Below, piece after piece: positions 52,683 through 63,435 of a DNA stretch of 64,000 bases. A program made the translations under genes and the position numbers. Within the stretch, counting starts at the first letter, position 1. Every line of letters begins with the position of its first letter. The notes below the pieces were generated by a model, which saw nothing but the letters and a program-made list of their open reading frames with translations, ran no database searches and had not been told where the DNA came from. The stretch is from Longimicrobiales bacterium (lineage in GTDB: Bacteria > Gemmatimonadota > Gemmatimonadetes > Longimicrobiales > Gaopeijiaceae), in the NCBI GenBank assembly GCA_965203485.1, contig OZ241892.1, positions 1,760,001 through 1,824,000 of the forward strand. The letters are read 5' to 3'.

Positions 52683-53830
52683 CGTGGACTCCTCCTCGTC
52701 CCGAAAGATTGAACGTGTCCACCATGCCGGGGCAACTCCATCCATTTCGTTCCAACACCTCGAGGATATTACTATAACACTGATGTGATTCGCAGCACGC
52801 CGCAGAGGACGCGGGTTGTGAATGGCTCTGTCGTTTCGGCATCTGGCGTCCGGGGTGTTCGATACAAACGCCAGATACAATTGTCCACGGCTTTGGCCGA
52901 CAGTGAGAAGGAATCTGCTTTTAGGGCGCTCGACGCCATGCACGATCGCGTTCGCAAGAACGAAATCGCGGATTTTCGCATGATCATTCGCGGCCAGCAG
53001 CGGACGACGCACTCGGATTCCGAAAAGATATCCGGTCGCGCCAAGGAGCTCCGAGACAAGGGCTACTATTTTCTCCGTTATCATCCTAAAGGAAGCAAAC
53101 CGTCCGACGTATGGGACATACTTCCAGAAGACAGCCATAACCGGAGAAGCCATTTTGCGCCTTATCCCAAGGACCTGTGCCGGATACCGATCATGGCGAC
53201 TTGTCCCACGGGTGGATTGGTGCTCGATCCGTTCTGTGGCACAGGCACTACGATGGCCGTAGCCAGCGACCTAGGCAGAAAATCAGTGGGCGTGGACGTA
53301 TCCGGAGAATACCTCGAGATCGCTGCAGAACGGAACGCCACACTTCTATGAGTGATGTCGTCGAATTGTTTGGTCGTCGGACTGGCGATTCGGCATGTGT
53401 GTCGTGGGCTTCGGTTGTTCAGGACAGGAAATGTCCATTTGTCGACCGATCATGCATCAAGACCAGAAAGAGCGACCCTGGCGTGGCGATTGGCACATGT
53501 TCAGTACTGCACGGCAAAGACGATCGGTTAATTGTCATATGTCCGCTGCGGTTATTGCAAAATGGGCGAGTGTTCATTGATTGTCTCCAACTCTTGTCAC
53601 GGCATGAACCGGGAAACGATATTCATGCTGTATCGGAAATGGTCGTTCCTGGAGGAAATATTGATTATGTTCTTGTTTCAGCCAGAAATGGACAGGTGGC
53701 AGATTTCGTAGGCATCGAGCTTCAAGCTTTGGACACTACGGGTACGGTGTGGCCCGCACGACAGCGATTTCTTGGAGTTGCCCCGGCATGGTGGACACGT
53801 TCAATCTTTCGGGACGAGGAGGAGTCCACG

Positions 53831-54145
53831 ATGCCGAAGAAACGCAAGCAGTACCCGCTGGAGTACCGGCGGCGAATGGTGGATCTGGCGCGTTCGGGCC
53901 GGTCGCCGGAGGCGCTGGCGCGTGAGTTCGAGCCGTCGGCGCCGACGATCCGCAACTGGGTCGAGCAGGCCGATCTCGACGAGGGCCGTCGCGACGACGG
54001 GACGACGACGCGCGAGCGGGACGAGTTGCGCCGCCTGAAGCGGGAGAACAAGCAGTTGCGCCTCGAGCGCGACATTCTAAAAAAAGCCGCGGCCTGGTTC
54101 GCTCGGGAGAGCGGCTCGATTCCCGGAGAGGGTTCGAGTTCGTGA
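53831..54145 (+). CDS. IS3 transposase OrfA, copy 2; slippery A_AAA_AAA at 54079-54085
   Basis: GAGGAGGAG RBS; the -1 frame from the A7 run is open into OrfB. Confidence 0.93.
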   Translation: MPKKRKQYPLEYRRRMVDLARSGRSPEALAREFEPSAPTIRNWVEQADLDEGRRDDGTTTRERDELRRLKRENKQLRLERDILKKAAAWFARESGSIPGEGSSS

Positions 54146-54990
54146 AAGCGCACCGGGCCGTGTTTCCCGTGCGCGCGATGTGCCGCGTCCTCGGTCTCTC
54201 CCCGAGCGGCTTCTATGCATGGCTGAAGCGTCCCCGATCGGCGAGCGCGTTGCGCGACGACGCGTTGCGCGTCTTGGTGCGCCGCAGCTGGGAAGCGAGC
54301 CGGCGGACGTACGGGCGACCGCGCATCCACGCCGATCTCGCGGCCTGGGGCGAGCGCGTCGGTCCGAAGCGCGTCGCCCGCCTCATGCGCGAGGAGGGCA
54401 TCGAAGGCGCGAGCCGCAGGCGCCGCAAGGTGGCGCTGACGGTGCGCGACGCCCACGCGCGCCCGGCTCCGGACTTGGTCGAGCGCGACTTCAGCGCCGA
54501 AGGCCCCGACCAGCTCTGGGTCGCCGACATCACGTACGTGCCGGCCGGGGCCGGATGGCTCTACCTGGCGGTCGTCGTCGACGCCTGGAGCCGCCGCGTC
54601 GTCGGCTGGGCCATGGAGACGCACCTGCGCGGCGAACTCGTCGAGCGCGCGCTCGCCATGGCCGTCGAGAACCGCAGTCCAGAGACCGTGATCCATCACT
54701 CGGACCAGGGGTCGCAGTACACGTCCTGGGCGTTCGGCGAGCGGTGCAGGAAGGCCGGCGTGCGTCGCTCGACGGGCTCGGTGGGCGACGCCTACGACAA
54801 CGCGATGTGCGAGAGCTTCTTCGCCACGTTGGAATGCGAGTTGCTGGACCGTTGCCAGTTCACAAGTCCGGCCGAAGCCCGGCGCGCCGTCTTCGCCTTC
54901 ATCGAAGGCTTCTACAACTCGCGGCGCCGACACTCGGCGCTCGGCTACGAATCCCCCGCCGGCTTCGAGCGCAAGCGTGCGGTCGCGTAA
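54142..54990 (+). CDS. IS3 transposase OrfB (DDE/rve), copy 2
   Basis: 282-aa translation identical to copy 1. Confidence 0.95.
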   Translation: MKAHRAVFPVRAMCRVLGLSPSGFYAWLKRPRSASALRDDALRVLVRRSWEASRRTYGRPRIHADLAAWGERVGPKRVARLMREEGIEGASRRRRKVALTVRDAHARPAPDLVERDFSAEGPDQLWVADITYVPAGAGWLYLAVVVDAWSRRVVGWAMETHLRGELVERALAMAVENRSPETVIHHSDQGSQYTSWAFGERCRKAGVRRSTGSVGDAYDNAMCESFFATLECELLDRCQFTSPAEARRAVFAFIEGFYNSRRRHSALGYESPAGFERKRAVA

Positions 54991-55716
54991 AGTGCACCGA
55001 CCCCCTCGACACGAGACCGTTCGGCGCCCTTGCGCCTCCGTCCTTCCTAAAGTCATGTTTCACATTGCACCATCTGAACCCAAGATCCTTGCCCGTCCAC
55101 CATACCGGGGCAACTCCATCTTGCCAGTGTGGGCGTTGGCACGATTCGGGAAGACGATGCTCGCCGCCGGAGCTACGGAATGAACTGGAAGATGACGGCC
55201 AAGACGATCCTGATGCAACTTCATCACAAGATTAGAACATTCGAAGCGATCGGCAAGAAACTTGTTCTTGTTGTTCAAGATCATTTGTTGCGATATCTCC
55301 GCATGGAATTCAACTTTTCGCATATTGAGGAAGCTCATCAGAGTGATTCGATGCATTTTCATGCTTATGAGATGAATCTTGGCGCCGACGGCGACTACGA
55401 TCTGCAACTACGCATGCGGGCGAGCACAGATTCCGAGGGCATAGCCGCATGCCTCGGACTCAAGGCAGAGCCAGACGTGGGGCTGGAGAAGATCATCCGC
55501 CAGCTGGAAGACAAAATGTCCGACCGCACGCTGGTTCGCATGGATTCATAGGATGTGCAGGGGCGGCGGATCGGGAACTGCCGTGCAGAATCACCTTCGA
55601 TCCGTACGACAGATGTCTGGGCAAAATCGCCCGCCGCAATGGCCGTCCTTGGTCCCGAGGCGTTTCCCGACCCGGGAGGCGACTCGGGGCCACCGCACCC
55701 CGCCGCCCGCCAAGAA

Positions 55717-55817
55717 CCTGCCAAAATGGCAGGATCGGTGCCCTTCCAACCCCCAAGACCTGCCAAAATGGCAGGAGCCAAGCCGTCCGACGGCGCCGAG
55801 TCTGCCAAAATGGCAGG
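55717..55817. repeat. Three 17-bp palindromes CCTGCCA-AAA-TGGCAGG at an exact 42-bp period (candidate enhancer sites)
   Basis: Copies at 55717-55733, 55759-55775 and 55801-55817 (third starts with T instead of C); 25-bp non-identical spacers. Confidence 0.9.
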
Positions 55818-55845
55818 AATTGGCCGTCCGCACTGAGCGAATCGT

Positions 55846-55861
55846 GGGCACGTTCCTTGCA
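55846..55861 (+). promoter_or_regulatory. sigma54 (-24/-12) promoter for dnaK
   Basis: GGGCACGTTCCTTGCA versus consensus TGGCACG-N4-TTGCW; GG 55847-48 and GC 55859-60 separated by exactly 10 nt. Confidence 0.75.
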
Positions 55862-55993
55862 CGGTTGCGCCCGCGAGGGCCGGCGCATGGACAGTCCAAG
55901 CGCGTCGGCCGCAATCCGCGCCCCGGCCGCCATTTCGCAAAGGAGCCGAGCGCGCGCGAGCACACCGAACGCGAGCAAGGGACGAGGAGGCAC

Positions 55994-57961
<1,968 letters not shown>

Positions 57962-58073
57962 GCGGGAGGGACGCGCGGCGGGCGCGCGGGGACGCGGACT
58001 TGCCGGGAAGGGAGACACCGGCTTTTCGCGACGGCGGCAGGTCGCCTGCCCGGAAGGACGGAGGGCGGGCGCT

Positions 58074-58100
58074 GGCAACCCTCGGGCCCCGTCGCGCGTC
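58074..58100 (+). promoter_or_regulatory. Candidate ECF-sigma promoter GGCAAC-N17-CGTC upstream of degP
   Basis: ggcaaccctcgggccccgtcgcgcgtc; htrA/degP genes are commonly ECF-sigma targets. Confidence 0.45.
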
Positions 58101-58225
58101 CTTGTTGCATTGGTAGACTTAAGGGGCTCATGGGCGGCGCCGACGGCGGTTCGCGCGGCCAGGGTGGAGCGCGTGGGGCGCCCCGAGCGCGCTGGTTCGG
58201 GGCAAGGAACACCAAGGAGAGAGCG

Positions 58226-59770
58226 ATGTACGACCCTCTGAAGGCGAAGGCGAAGGTGGCGTTGTCCGTGGCCGCGTCGTTCGTGCTCGGGCTGGCCCTG
58301 GCGGCGCAGCTGGGATTCGCGGCGCCCCCGGCCGTCTCGGGGATCGACAGCAGCCCGCGGGTGGCCGACGCTCAGGTTCAGCCCGCGCTGGACTTGAGCG
58401 AGGCGTTCGTCAACATTGCGGACGCGGTGGTGCCGTCGGTGGTGCGGATCGAGGTGCCGAGGCAGCAGGAGCGGCAACTCTCGGCCCTGGAGCAGTTCTT
58501 CGGCGCGCCGCAGCAGCGCGGCCCGCCGGACATCAGCGTCGGCGGCGGAAGCGGGTTCGTCGCGTCGGCCGACGGCTACGTGCTCACGAACAACCACGTG
58601 GTCAAGGACGCCGAGAGCATCACGGTGGCGCTTCCCGACGGGCGCTCGTTCGCGGCGGAGTTCGTGGGCGGCGACCCCACGACCGACGTGGCGGTCGTGA
58701 AGATCGCCGGCGACGACTTGCCGGTGGCGTCGCTGGGGGTCTCGTCGGACGTGCGGGTGGGCGAATGGGTGCTGGCTATCGGCAACCCGGGGTTCACCGG
58801 GCGCCAGGACGCGCTCGACTACTCGGTCACGGCCGGCATCGTGTCGGCGCTCGGGCGCCCGCTGGGCCTGATCCGGCTCGACCTCATCCGCGATCCGGAC
58901 GCTCAGGGCGACCTGGCCGCCTTCGCCATCGAGGACTTCATTCAGACCGACGCCGTGATCAACCCCGGCAACTCGGGCGGGCCCATGGTCAACCTGCGCG
59001 GGCAGGTGATCGGCATCAACTCGGCGATCTACACGCGCACCGGCTACTACCAGGGCTACGGCTTCGCGATTCCAATCGATCTTGCGCACCGGGTCATGCA
59101 GGACCTCGTCGCATACGGCCACGTGCGGCGCGCTTTTCTCGGGGTCAACATCGCGCCGGTGGGACCCGAGGACGCGGAGTGGTACGGCTTGCCCGAGGTT
59201 GCCGGCGCCCTGGTCCAGAACGTCACGCCGGGGACGCCGGCCGAGGCGGCGGGCTTGCGCCAGCACGACGTGATCACCGCGCTCGACGGAGAACCCGTGC
59301 GGTCCTCCAACGACCTGCAGCGCAAGATCGCCTTGCAGGCCCCCGGAGAGCGCGTGGCCCTCGAGGTCTACCGGGAGCGGCGGGCGACCCAGGTCGAGGT
59401 GCGCCTCGAGCAGGCGCCGTTCTCGCGGCAGACCGTCGAAGCGCCCGCGCCCAGGGCCCGTCCGGCCGAGAAGATCGGCATCGAGGTGACCGGCATCACG
59501 CCGTCGATCGCGCGCGAGCTGGGACTCGACAGCGCCGAAGGCGTCGTCGTCGAGGACGTGCAGACGGGCGGTCCGGCCCACCGGCGGGGGCTGGGGCCGC
59601 GCTGCGTGATCCACGACGTGAACCGGCGGACGATCAAGGACATCGACGACCTGGACGACGAGTTCCGCCGCGCGGGGGCGGGCGACGTGCTGTCGTTGCT
59701 GGCCAGCTGTCCCTCCGGCCGGGGCGGCCGCACGGGTCCGCAGGTCTACAACATCCGAGTGCCGCGGTAG
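58226..59770 (+). CDS. degP: HtrA/DegP serine protease with two PDZ domains
   Basis: GSGF, TNNHVV, DVAVVK, FIQTDAVINPGNSGGP; AAGGAG RBS. Confidence 0.95.
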   Translation: MYDPLKAKAKVALSVAASFVLGLALAAQLGFAAPPAVSGIDSSPRVADAQVQPALDLSEAFVNIADAVVPSVVRIEVPRQQERQLSALEQFFGAPQQRGPPDISVGGGSGFVASADGYVLTNNHVVKDAESITVALPDGRSFAAEFVGGDPTTDVAVVKIAGDDLPVASLGVSSDVRVGEWVLAIGNPGFTGRQDALDYSVTAGIVSALGRPLGLIRLDLIRDPDAQGDLAAFAIEDFIQTDAVINPGNSGGPMVNLRGQVIGINSAIYTRTGYYQGYGFAIPIDLAHRVMQDLVAYGHVRRAFLGVNIAPVGPEDAEWYGLPEVAGALVQNVTPGTPAEAAGLRQHDVITALDGEPVRSSNDLQRKIALQAPGERVALEVYRERRATQVEVRLEQAPFSRQTVEAPAPRARPAEKIGIEVTGITPSIARELGLDSAEGVVVEDVQTGGPAHRRGLGPRCVIHDVNRRTIKDIDDLDDEFRRAGAGDVLSLLASCPSGRGGRTGPQVYNIRVPR

Positions 59771-59952
59771 CGCGACGCGCGACGCGCGACGCGGTCCGGC
59801 GAGGGCGCAGGCGACGCGGGCCGCGGGCTGGTCCAATGCTGGAGCGGGCACTCCCCGGGGCACGTAGGCGGGGCGGCGTTACCTTACATGGTTGCCGCCG
59901 TCGGTGCGGCGGGAAGCCGCCGGAGCAGTCTTTCGCTTCGGCGCTCACGGGA

Positions 59953-60035
59953 GCGAAAGTGGCGAAACTGGCAGACGCGCAAGATTTAGGATCTTGTGGC
60001 CCTTGGCCGTGGGGGTTCGAGTCCCCCCTTTCGCA
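59953..60035 (+). tRNA. tRNA-Leu (anticodon TAG)
   Basis: Acceptor GCGAAAG/CTTTCGC, anticodon arm CAAGA-TTTAGGA-TCTTG, long variable arm, GGTTCGAGTCC T loop; CCA not encoded. Confidence 0.95.
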
Positions 60036-60199
60036 TGCCGCGGCGCTCGTCCGCGGGCCGCGGCCGCCCGGCGCGTGCCTTGGCCGGTGGGCCGGGCCGC
60101 AGCTCCGCTCGCCGCGCGCCGCTCCGTGACGGTTTCCCACCGGTCTCCGGCGGCTGGCGGTCCCCTTGCCCGCCCCGGCTCCGCGTCGCGGCAGTCCCG

Positions 60200-61528
60200 T
60201 TGAGCGGCCAGGAGTTCGACGTGACCGTCACCGAAGGAGAGCGGTGCCGGCGCACGCTCGCGGCCAGAGTGCCGGCGGACGTCGTCGCCCGGCAGAAGAA
60301 CGGCGTCGCCCACCGGCTGGCGTCGCGCGTCAAGCTGAAGGGCTTCCGCTCCGGCAAGGCGTCGGTGCGAATCGTCGAACAGCGCTTCGGGGACGAGATC
60401 GAGCGGCAGACCGTCGACCAGCTGGTGCGGCGCGTCTTTAGGGATGCCGTCGCGGCGCACGGCCTCGAGCCCGCCTCGGACGCGGAGGTGGACAACGTGC
60501 GCGAGGAACCGGGCGGCGGCATGTCCTTCCAGCTGTCCTTCGACGTGCAGCCCACCGTGGTGCTCCAGCGTTTGGGAGGGTTTCGGGTCGAGCGGCCGGA
60601 GCCGCCCGCCGCAGACCTGCTCGTGGACCGCTTTCTGGAGGAGCGCAGGGCCGACCACGCGACGTGGACGCCGCAGGAGGGCAAGCCTCGGGACGGCGAT
60701 TCCGTGACCGTGGAGATCGCGCGCGTCGCAGAAGACGCCGGGAGGCCGGGCGCGACGGTTCGGCCGTCCGGCGACGACGGAGAGGACCAGAGTGCGCAAG
60801 CGTCGGCGGACGCGTCGTCCCGCCGCTACGACTTCGTGATCGGACGCGACCAGGCGTTGCCCGCAATCGAGGATGCGGTGCGGACGCTCGTGCCGGGGAC
60901 GACCGGCGAGTTCGCCGTGGCGCTTCCCCCCGGGCGGGCGGACGAGGCGCTGCGGGGTCCGCCCACGCCGACGGACCTCCGAATCGCGCTCGTGGAGCGG
61001 CGCGCGCCCGTGCTGCCCGCGCTCGACGACACCTTCGCCCAGGACGTGGCCGGTTGCCCTCTCGAGGAATGGAAGGGGCACCTGCGCAAGCGGTTCGGGG
61101 AGGCCGCCGAGCGCGAAGCCGACGCGGTGGCCCACGAAAAGCTCGTGGAGCTGGTCGTCGACGCCAACGACTTCGAAGTGCCGGACTCGCTCGTCGACGC
61201 CTGCGCGGACGCCATGCTCGGCCCAGCTTCGGACATGGACCCAAAGGTGCGCGAGGACCTTCGGCGGCAGATCCGTCCAAAGGCCGAGTTCGTGGTGAAG
61301 CGCCGCCTGGTCCTTTCGCGCATAGCGGACGAGCACGGCCTCCGCGCGCGCAAGGCCGAGGTGGACGCTTACGTGCAGGACTTGGCGGAGACGTCGGACG
61401 AATCGCTGGCCGTCACAAAGGCCGGCCTGCGCAAGAGCGGCGCGATGAGCCACATCGAACGAATGATCACAACGAAGAACGTGTCCGAGTTCTTGGGGCG
61501 CCAGTCCGAGATCACCCGAGCAGCCTGA
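60200..61528 (+). CDS. tig: Trigger factor
   Basis: KLKGFRSGK ribosome-binding loop, FDVQP, LPALDDTFA, FEVPDSLV; classic tRNA-Leu-tig-clpP-clpX-lon synteny; TTG start approximate. Confidence 0.9.
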   Translation: MSGQEFDVTVTEGERCRRTLAARVPADVVARQKNGVAHRLASRVKLKGFRSGKASVRIVEQRFGDEIERQTVDQLVRRVFRDAVAAHGLEPASDAEVDNVREEPGGGMSFQLSFDVQPTVVLQRLGGFRVERPEPPAADLLVDRFLEERRADHATWTPQEGKPRDGDSVTVEIARVAEDAGRPGATVRPSGDDGEDQSAQASADASSRRYDFVIGRDQALPAIEDAVRTLVPGTTGEFAVALPPGRADEALRGPPTPTDLRIALVERRAPVLPALDDTFAQDVAGCPLEEWKGHLRKRFGEAAEREADAVAHEKLVELVVDANDFEVPDSLVDACADAMLGPASDMDPKVREDLRRQIRPKAEFVVKRRLVLSRIADEHGLRARKAEVDAYVQDLAETSDESLAVTKAGLRKSGAMSHIERMITTKNVSEFLGRQSEITRAA

Positions 61529-61555
61529 TTTTCTCCAGGCGGAGACCTGAACGCC

Positions 61556-62164
61556 ATGCCGACCTTCCCTCCCTACGTCATCGAGCGAACCAGCAGGGGC
61601 GAGCGAAGCTACGACATATTCAGCCGCCTTCTCATGGACAGAATCGTGTTCCTGGGAAGCTCGGTCAACGACGACGTGGCGAACATCGTGGTCGCCCAGC
61701 TTCTGTTCTTGGCCGCCGACGATCCCGAGCGCGAGATCTCCCTCTACATCAACTCGCCGGGCGGCAACGTGTACGCGGGCCTCGCCATCTACGACACGAT
61801 GAACCACTTGCGGGCGCCCGTCTCCACGTACTGCGTGGGCATGGCCGCTTCGATGGCGGCGCTGCTGCTGTCGGCCGGCGCGAAGGGACGGCGCAACGCG
61901 CTGCCGAGTTCGCGCATCATGCTGCACCAGCCGTCCTCGGGCTATCAGGGCACGGCGGCGGACATCGAGATCGCGGCGAACGAAGTGCTCGACACGAGGA
62001 AGCGGCTGAACCGAATCCTGTCCGAGACCACGGGCAAGCCCGTGGAAGACATCAACGCGGACGTGGACCGCGACCGGTGGATGAGCGCCGAGGACGCGGT
62101 CGAGTACGGTCTGGTGGATCGAGTGCTGTTGCGCGACGGACACGACGGCAAGCGCGAGCGCTAG
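61556..62164 (+). CDS. clpP: ATP-dependent Clp protease proteolytic subunit
   Basis: [34 protein letters not shown]. Confidence 0.98.
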   Translation: MPTFPPYVIERTSRGERSYDIFSRLLMDRIVFLGSSVNDDVANIVVAQLLFLAADDPEREISLYINSPGGNVYAGLAIYDTMNHLRAPVSTYCVGMAASMAALLLSAGAKGRRNALPSSRIMLHQPSSGYQGTAADIEIAANEVLDTRKRLNRILSETTGKPVEDINADVDRDRWMSAEDAVEYGLVDRVLLRDGHDGKRER

Positions 62165-62174
62165 GGGGAGACGA

Positions 62175-63431
62175 GTGCCCACCGACAAGCACCTGCGCTG
62201 CAGCTTCTGCGGCAAGTCGAAGGAGTCGGTGAAGAAGTTCATCTCGGGACCCTCGGTCTACATCTGCAACGAGTGCGTTTCGCTGTGCAACGAGATTCTG
62301 GCGGAGGAAGAGGAGCGCGAGACGCAGCAGGAGCCCCGCGCGACGCTGACGCCGGAAGAGATCAAGGAGTTGCTCGACGACTACGTGATCGGCCAAGAAG
62401 AAGCCAAGAAGTCCCTCGCCGTCGCCGTGTACAATCACTACCGCCGGGTGAACGCCAAGGGCGTGCTCGACGAGGTCGAGGTCGACAAGTCCAACCTGCT
62501 GCTGGTCGGTCCGACCGGCGTCGGCAAGACGCTGTTGGCTCAGACGCTGGCGCGTATCCTGCAGGTGCCGTTCACGATCGCCGACGCCACGACGCTGACC
62601 GAGGCCGGCTACGTGGGCGAGGACGTCGAGAACATTCTCGTGCGGCTCCTTCAGGTGGCCGACTTCAATCTGGCCAACTGCGAACAGGGCATCGTCTACA
62701 TCGACGAACTCGACAAGGTGGCCCGCAAGTCGGAGAATCCTTCCATCACCAGGGACGTGTCGGGCGAGGGCGTGCAGCAGGCGCTCCTCAAGATCCTCGA
62801 AGGCACGACCGCCAGCGTGCCGCCCCGCGGAGGGCGCAAGCATCCGCAGCAGGAATACATCCAGGTCAACACTCGCAACGTGCTGTTCATCTGCGGAGGT
62901 GCCTTCGACGGAATCGAAGAGATCATCGAACGACGCATAGGACGCCGCACGATCGGCTTCGCCAAGGAGGAGCAGGCCGGCGACGCGCCGCTTTCGCGCG
63001 AAGGCGGCGACGAGGACCCGATGCGGCATCTCGAGCCCGAGGACCTTCAGCGCTTCGGATTGATCCCGGAACTCGTGGGCCGGTTGCCCGTGACGGTGGC
63101 GCTGGACGACCTGGACGAGGCGGCGCTCGTGCGCATCCTGCAGGAACCGAAGAACGCTCTCGTCAAGCAGTACAAGAAGATGTTCGAACTGGACGGCATC
63201 GGATTGACGTTCGATCCGGGGGCTCTGCGCGCAATCGCGAAGCTCACCCTCGAACGCACCACGGGAGCGCGGGGGCTTCGAGCGGTTCTCGAGAAGATCA
63301 TGCGCGACGTGATGTACGAGCTGCCGTCTCGAAGCGACGTGAAGGAAGTGGTGGTCACCCCCGAATGCGTGACGAACGGAATTCCGCCGCTCCTGGTCCT
63401 GCGTCCGGAGGCTCGGAGAAAAGAAGCCTGA
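62175..63431 (+). CDS. clpX: ATP-dependent Clp protease ATPase subunit
   Basis: CSFCGK..ICNEC zinc finger, [37 protein letters not shown] loop. Confidence 0.98.
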   Translation: MPTDKHLRCSFCGKSKESVKKFISGPSVYICNECVSLCNEILAEEEERETQQEPRATLTPEEIKELLDDYVIGQEEAKKSLAVAVYNHYRRVNAKGVLDEVEVDKSNLLLVGPTGVGKTLLAQTLARILQVPFTIADATTLTEAGYVGEDVENILVRLLQVADFNLANCEQGIVYIDELDKVARKSENPSITRDVSGEGVQQALLKILEGTTASVPPRGGRKHPQQEYIQVNTRNVLFICGGAFDGIEEIIERRIGRRTIGFAKEEQAGDAPLSREGGDEDPMRHLEPEDLQRFGLIPELVGRLPVTVALDDLDEAALVRILQEPKNALVKQYKKMFELDGIGLTFDPGALRAIAKLTLERTTGARGLRAVLEKIMRDVMYELPSRSDVKEVVVTPECVTNGIPPLLVLRPEARRKEA

Positions 63432-63435
63432 GCGG

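Larger units (their letters stand above)
51395..52740 (-). mobile_element. IS3-family insertion sequence, copy 1 (1346 bp)
   Basis: TG..CA ends; 24-bp terminal IRs TGGAGTTGCCCCGG(C/T)ATGGTGGAC with 1 mismatch; TCC duplicated at 51392-51394 and 52741-52743. Confidence 0.97.
50944..53351 (+). pseudogene. Beta-class DNA methyltransferase (probably N4-cytosine), interrupted by IS3 copy 1
   Basis: N part 50944-51394 has TSPPYW, GSFWLNIGD, IVWNK; C part 52744-53351 has SDVW, HFAPYP, VLDPFCGTGTT. Removing the IS plus one TCC restores HEHIFHFVPTPRG in frame (352 aa). Confidence 0.92.
53773..55118 (+). mobile_element. IS3-family insertion sequence, copy 2 (1346 bp), inverted relative to copy 1
   Basis: Same IRs and length as copy 1, identical translations in the shared frames; TCT duplicated at 53770-53772 and 55119-55121. 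Confidence 0.97.
53348..55551 (+). pseudogene. NotI-family restriction endonuclease, interrupted by IS3 copy 2
   Basis: ATG overlaps the MTase stop (ATGA); four-Cys motif CPF..CIK..GTCS..ICP; GNIDYVLV..GIELQALD. Removing the IS plus one TCT restores QRFLASVGVG..GMNWK in frame (284 aa). Confidence 0.85.

Noticed and set aside
52368..53153. 261-aa ORF extending IS copy 1 OrfA upstream
   Set aside because: The extension is antisense to the MTase C-half; OrfA has its own RBS and ATG at 52682
51395..55118. Composite transposon that arrived as one unit
   Set aside because: Each IS has its own target duplication (TCC, TCT), and the enclosed DNA is the in-frame continuation of the flanking genes
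55717..55817. Mini-CRISPR array (17-bp repeats, 25-bp spacers)
   Set aside because: Repeats are too short, there are only three, and no cas genes are present; the position before a sigma54 promoter fits protein-binding sites better
58073..58087. sigma54 promoter before degP (TGGC-N9-GC)
   Set aside because: The -12 element is GGGC rather than TTGC and no enhancer palindromes are present; the overlapping ECF-type motif fits better
59771..59794. Short tandem repeat (CGCGACG)x3 after degP
   Set aside because: Low-complexity GC-rich intergenic sequence with no supporting context
59953..60035. Integrated element at tRNA-Leu or at tmRNA
   Set aside because: No integrase and no duplicated 3' end seen; flanks are housekeeping genes in normal synteny
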